A stretch of 23,015 bases of DNA from Bacteriovoracia bacterium. GTDB taxonomy: Bacteria; Bdellovibrionota; Bacteriovoracia; Bacteriovoracales; Bacteriovoracaceae. How positions within the stretch are numbered: position 1 is the first letter of the stretch; each line of letters begins with the position of its first letter. Shown in pieces: positions 19,550 to 23,015 of this stretch. A program made the translations under genes and the position numbers. The notes under the pieces were generated by a model, which saw only the letters and a program-made list of their open reading frames with translations, was not told the origin of the DNA and ran no database searches. The stretch is taken from the NCBI GenBank assembly GCA_046570105.1, contig JBKHVI010000045.1, forward strand, positions 1 through 23,015. The letters run 5' to 3'.

Positions 19550-20793
19550 AATCTCTCTGCCTACTCTTGCTGGTTAGTTTTTCAGTCAATGCGGCCACTG
19601 AGTTTCGTGGCATTTTAAAAGAATTTCTTAAAAACGACCCTACTTATCAAGAAGTCGAACTCAACACACCTGTCTACGATGCTCTCTACTATCAAGGCCT
19701 CTCGAAACTCATTATCCCGCGAGTCACTTTGAGCTACGGGCAAAATGAACAAAAAAACAACGTCTCACTCGCCACCAATGTGGATAAATTTCAGTTCGGC
19801 TCTCTGAATGCTTCATTAGATATTTTCAGTTTTGGCCGTGACTGGAACGTCTTTCAGGCCAATCGTTATGCCGAAAAAGCGCAATTGATGCGCGTAGAAT
19901 CGCAACTTATGATCCGTGAAGCCGAAATTGCAGATCTAGTGCTCGGATATCTACGAGAAGCAAAGAATGTTGAAATATTAAATCGACTCGTCAAAATGAA
20001 AGAAGAAGCCCGTCAGCTCTCTTTTAAAAGGTTGCAGAGAGGCATTATGTCTCAGCAGGATTATCAAAAAGTTCAGCTGGATGCTTCGAACGCTCGCGCA
20101 GAATTATTTGTTGCCGAGCAAAGGCTCAATACACTCACCGCTCAGTTTAGAAGTTTTGCCGTTAAGACTCTCCCCACCCAATACCCGTGGGAAAATGATC
20201 TCAGCGAAGCACGCTTGAATGAATTGATGACTTTGAGTACTGATGTCTCCGAATTGCCGCAATTTAAAGAGGCCTTTCTCAATGCAGAATCGGCCGCCTA
20301 TGAATCCAACGCCGCTCTTGCCAATATGTGGGGCGATGTGAGCTTTACTTTCACGCGCTCTTATTATGATTTTCCAGATGCTGAGTTATGGGAGTGGCGA
20401 ACTTCTCTTGTTTATACACTTCCCCTCTTTGATCAGTTTGATCAATCAGTGACTCGTAAACGTGAATTGGCGGAGAGACAGGCACAAGAGATTCGTCAGA
20501 AGTTTGAAAAACGTCGTGTGCAAGAAGTGCTTTTGGCAGAAAATAATAATCTAAAAATTTCTTGGAAAAACTGGCTGGAGCGCAAAGAAGCGTTAAAGAT
20601 CTCGAACAAACTCTACCAATCCACCTTAGGTCAATTTAACCAAGGCAAACTTTCGGTCAACGAACTTTTTGTGGATCAAGACAGATTGCTTCGTACTGAG
20701 CAGATCGCTAACGAAGCACTCCATCAGCTGCACACCTCGACACTCGCCTTCTGTCACTCCCGCGGCCGCTCTTATGTCAAAGGCTGCTTCTAG
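19546..20793 (+). CDS. TolC family outer membrane protein (divergent)
   Basis: Signal peptide and two OEP-like repeats (ASLDIFSFG...LQRGIMSQQDY; YTLPLFD...FNQGKLSVNEL). ATGA overlap with the RND gene. Confidence 0.86.
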   Translation: MKSLCLLLLVSFSVNAATEFRGILKEFLKNDPTYQEVELNTPVYDALYYQGLSKLIIPRVTLSYGQNEQKNNVSLATNVDKFQFGSLNASLDIFSFGRDWNVFQANRYAEKAQLMRVESQLMIREAEIADLVLGYLREAKNVEILNRLVKMKEEARQLSFKRLQRGIMSQQDYQKVQLDASNARAELFVAEQRLNTLTAQFRSFAVKTLPTQYPWENDLSEARLNELMTLSTDVSELPQFKEAFLNAESAAYESNAALANMWGDVSFTFTRSYYDFPDAELWEWRTSLVYTLPLFDQFDQSVTRKRELAERQAQEIRQKFEKRRVQEVLLAENNNLKISWKNWLERKEALKISNKLYQSTLGQFNQGKLSVNELFVDQDRLLRTEQIANEALHQLHTSTLAFCHSRGRSYVKGCF

Positions 20794-21200
20794 CGAGGAG
20801 CACGCTCTTCGACCCAAGCTTTCAAAAATTCAAAAGCGTATTGATCTCGACTGCGAAGATGCGCACTCGGTGGCATTTTACCTGATTCAACCGCCAGCCA
20901 CAGTGGACTCTTCGACGGTTCATCTATGTTGACGGCCGCGAGAGTTGATTCATATTGATCAAGTCTAGGAGCATAAGCTCCCTCACCAAAGTGGCAAGAA
21001 GCGCAGTGATTTTGAAATACATGCTGCTTAACACTGGCATAGGTTTTAGGAAGTGCGCGGTAGTCCACCTCTTTCACTAACAGCTCTTCTTCAATTTCAT
21101 GGCAAGCGGTGTAATTGGTCTGGGCCGGTGAGCGTGTCCACACACCATTGAGCGTGATTCCTGAGCAAGAGACCGTTAACAGCAACAACAAGTATTTCAT
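20790..21200 (-). CDS. Monoheme c-type cytochrome lipoprotein (planctomycete cytochrome C-like pattern)
   Basis: Short lipoprotein signal MKYLLLLLTVS-C, heme motif CASCH, then PSKSPLW...GKMPP...LKAWVEERA with a likely Met axial ligand. Confidence 0.82.
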   Translation of the reverse strand: MKYLLLLLTVSCSGITLNGVWTRSPAQTNYTACHEIEEELLVKEVDYRALPKTYASVKQHVFQNHCASCHFGEGAYAPRLDQYESTLAAVNIDEPSKSPLWLAVESGKMPPSAHLRSRDQYAFEFLKAWVEERAPR

Positions 21201-22324
21201 TACTGACCTTCCTGAATACGATAGATGCGGCCGGTATCACTTGAGGCATAAACCAGGCCATCAGGACCTGCGATCACATCACGGATACGTTCATTCAAGG
21301 GCAGCAGCAGACGATCCTCACAAGCGCTGGCGCAATCTTTCACATCCACCACGTTTAAGTGCTGAAGTGCCAAAGCACCTGAAACAAATCGATCCTGAAA
21401 GAGCTTTAGCTTCTTAGCTCGATAAACCAAGAGGCCACTGGGTGCAATCGAAGGAAGAAAATATTTGATCGGCTGCTCAAGACCCGGACGTGACGTCTCA
21501 CCATCACCAACCGGACCACCCGAATATTCTCGGCCATAAGTAATCAAAGGCCAGCCGTAATTCTTACCCTTAGTAATCAAATTGATTTCATCTCCACCCA
21601 TCGGGCCATGCTCTTGTTCATAAAGCACGCCAGTCGTCTTATCAAAAAAGAGCCCTTGCGGATTACGATGGCCATAGCTCCAAATCTCTTTCAGCGCCCC
21701 CGCTTGATTCACAAACGGATTATCACTGGGAGCGGAGCCATCCATATTTAAACGCAGAACTTTGCCATTATGAGTGGCGAGACTTTGCGCCAGCTTCTCG
21801 TTTCCGCGATCACCGACAGTTAAAAACAAAAAGCCTTTGTCATCAAAAGCGATGCGCGAGCCGTAGTGGTGAGCGGTATTAAAAGTCGGCTGAGCAAGAA
21901 AAATATCCTGCCATTCCGAGAACTCTTCTTTGGCGAGATTAAGTTTAGCGCGCGCCAGTGCGGTGGTTTGTTTGCCACTGATACGTTTGGCATAAGTCAC
22001 ATAGACCCATGAGTTCTCCGAAAACTTCGGGTGAAGAGCAATATCTAAAAGGCCACCTTGGGTTGCCAAATGCACCTTGGGTGGGTTTTTCATCTGACGA
22101 GTCACACCCGTCGTAAGATCGAGAATATGAATATTCCCTTTAAGCTCATTAAATATGATTTTCGTGGGTGAGAGAAACTCCATCGCCCAGATAATTCCTA
22201 GCCCATCGGTGAGCTTTTGAACTGAGTAGGACTGGCCATCGAGCTTAAAGTTTAAGACCGAGACCGGCGCCGCCTGGAGGTTTGAAATAAAGAGAAAAGC
22301 GAGAATAAAGCTTAGTTTTTTCAT
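21200..22324 (-). CDS. PQQ-dependent sugar dehydrogenase (GSDH, YliI/Asd-like)
   Basis: Signal peptide, QGGLLDIALHPKF, HHYGSRIAF, SYGHRNPQGL, EHGPMGGDEIN, GKNYGWP and RIRDVIAGPDG. Confidence 0.95.
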   Translation of the reverse strand: MKKLSFILAFLFISNLQAAPVSVLNFKLDGQSYSVQKLTDGLGIIWAMEFLSPTKIIFNELKGNIHILDLTTGVTRQMKNPPKVHLATQGGLLDIALHPKFSENSWVYVTYAKRISGKQTTALARAKLNLAKEEFSEWQDIFLAQPTFNTAHHYGSRIAFDDKGFLFLTVGDRGNEKLAQSLATHNGKVLRLNMDGSAPSDNPFVNQAGALKEIWSYGHRNPQGLFFDKTTGVLYEQEHGPMGGDEINLITKGKNYGWPLITYGREYSGGPVGDGETSRPGLEQPIKYFLPSIAPSGLLVYRAKKLKLFQDRFVSGALALQHLNVVDVKDCASACEDRLLLPLNERIRDVIAGPDGLVYASSDTGRIYRIQEGQ

Positions 22325-22419
22325 GCTATTAGCCTGACATCACTGGGGAATTAAGTACAGTGGGCAATCCTTCCAAAAAGCCCATTGACCAAATGTGTTA
22401 AATAAGCGAAAACACGCCC

Positions 22420-22788
22420 ATGAATACCACCATTTATTTAAGCAATTTAAGTTACAAGCGTGACCGCAACGGCATCAAGAGCCTCTTGGCCCCTTTCGCG
22501 CGTATTAAGAACATTAAAATCGTCATGGAGCCCACCACCATGCAGTCGCGTGGGATGGCGTTCGTTGAACTCGCAACCACTGATGATGTGAAGAAAGCGA
22601 TGGATGCGCTTAATAACCGCATCGTCGATGGGCGCACACTCAAAATCAAAATGGCGACTCCGCTCAAGGCCACCAGCGTAACCAAGAAAATTGAAGCCGA
22701 GAAAAAGCAAAAAGATCTCGAGTTCAGAGATGTGCAGCTGATGAAAAAAGCGCGCAACGTTGAACGTCGCAATCGTAAGCCGTTTTAA
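22420..22788 (+). CDS. RNA recognition motif (RRM) RNA-binding protein
   Basis: RNP2 IYLSNL, RNP1 RGMAFVEL, AMDALN...DGRTLKI, and a basic C-terminal tail. Confidence 0.93.
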   Translation: MNTTIYLSNLSYKRDRNGIKSLLAPFARIKNIKIVMEPTTMQSRGMAFVELATTDDVKKAMDALNNRIVDGRTLKIKMATPLKATSVTKKIEAEKKQKDLEFRDVQLMKKARNVERRNRKPF

Positions 22789-22810
22789 TTAACATCGCTC
22801 ACTAATTCAG

Positions 22811-22840
22811 TTGAGGTCTTAGTTTTAATTAACTTATCAT
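22811..22840 (+). promoter_or_regulatory. Sigma70-like promoter directly before the ATG at 22847
   Basis: TTGAGG (22811-22816), 18 nt, TATCAT (22835-22840), 6 nt, ATG. Confidence 0.5.
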
Positions 22841-22846
22841 CTTAGG

Positions 22847-23015
22847 ATGAAAGACCTCGTGCCTAAACTTAACTGGCCTCTGAAGCTGGCCGTGCTGACC
22901 ATTCTGGCGCTCATAAACTATTGGCCGATTCTTCTCACTCAACAACTTGTTAACCCAGACGCTCAACTCGTCATACCGATTTTGCTTAAGGCCACAAATC
23001 TTAGCGAATACTTTA
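22847..23015 (+). CDS. N-terminus of a membrane protein (partial; possibly GT-C glycosyltransferase-like)
   Basis: Open to the right edge: MKDLVPKLNWPLKLAVLTILALINYWPILLTQQLVNPDAQLVIPILLKATNLSEYF. One TM helix is followed by a loop with an Asp, as at GT-C N-termini. The family call is weak. Confidence 0.55.
   Translation, partial: MKDLVPKLNWPLKLAVLTILALINYWPILLTQQLVNPDAQLVIPILLKATNLSEYF

Noticed and set aside
21318..21335. CASAC in the PQQ dehydrogenase, and TACH in the cytochrome N-terminus, as extra heme sites
   Set aside because: Neither is a CxxCH motif.
22385..22419. TTGACC-17-GAAAAC-6-ATG as a leaderless promoter for the RRM gene
   Set aside because: The -35 and spacing are good, but the -10 lacks both conserved T residues.

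Overview
A gene-dense bacterial chromosomal window with no rRNA, tRNA, CRISPR array, integrase or transposase that I can recognise. The many short signal-peptide orphan genes, the DUF3015/DUF4105 pair, the PAS-PAS chemoreceptor and the H1-like protein suggest a Bdellovibrionota-like organism (inference only). From left to right it holds: a MarR-TolC-RND efflux operon (minus strand; the RND gene runs off the left edge and is missing from the ORF track); an RhtA-like EamA exporter; a VF530/DUF2132 protein; a soluble PAS-PAS chemoreceptor; the glutathione-dependent formaldehyde detoxification pair frmA/fghA; several secreted hypotheticals; a possible catalytically dead MBL-fold protein; a histone-H1-like Lys/Ala-rich protein; DUF3015 plus DUF4105; a four-gene operon (secreted orphan, adaptor, RND, TolC); a PQQ-dependent sugar dehydrogenase coupled to a c-type cytochrome lipoprotein; an RRM RNA-binding protein; and the start of a membrane protein at the right edge. 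The best candidate for an undescribed system is the second tripartite pump (14975-20793). Its adaptor lacks both the alpha-hairpin and a membrane anchor, its RND has an altered proton-relay motif, and an unknown His-rich secreted protein heads the operon. Other notable signals are the PQQ dehydrogenase/cytochrome c module, the DUF3015/DUF4105 outer-membrane enzyme pair and several apparently leaderless genes. All calls come from reading motifs by eye; no database searches were run.
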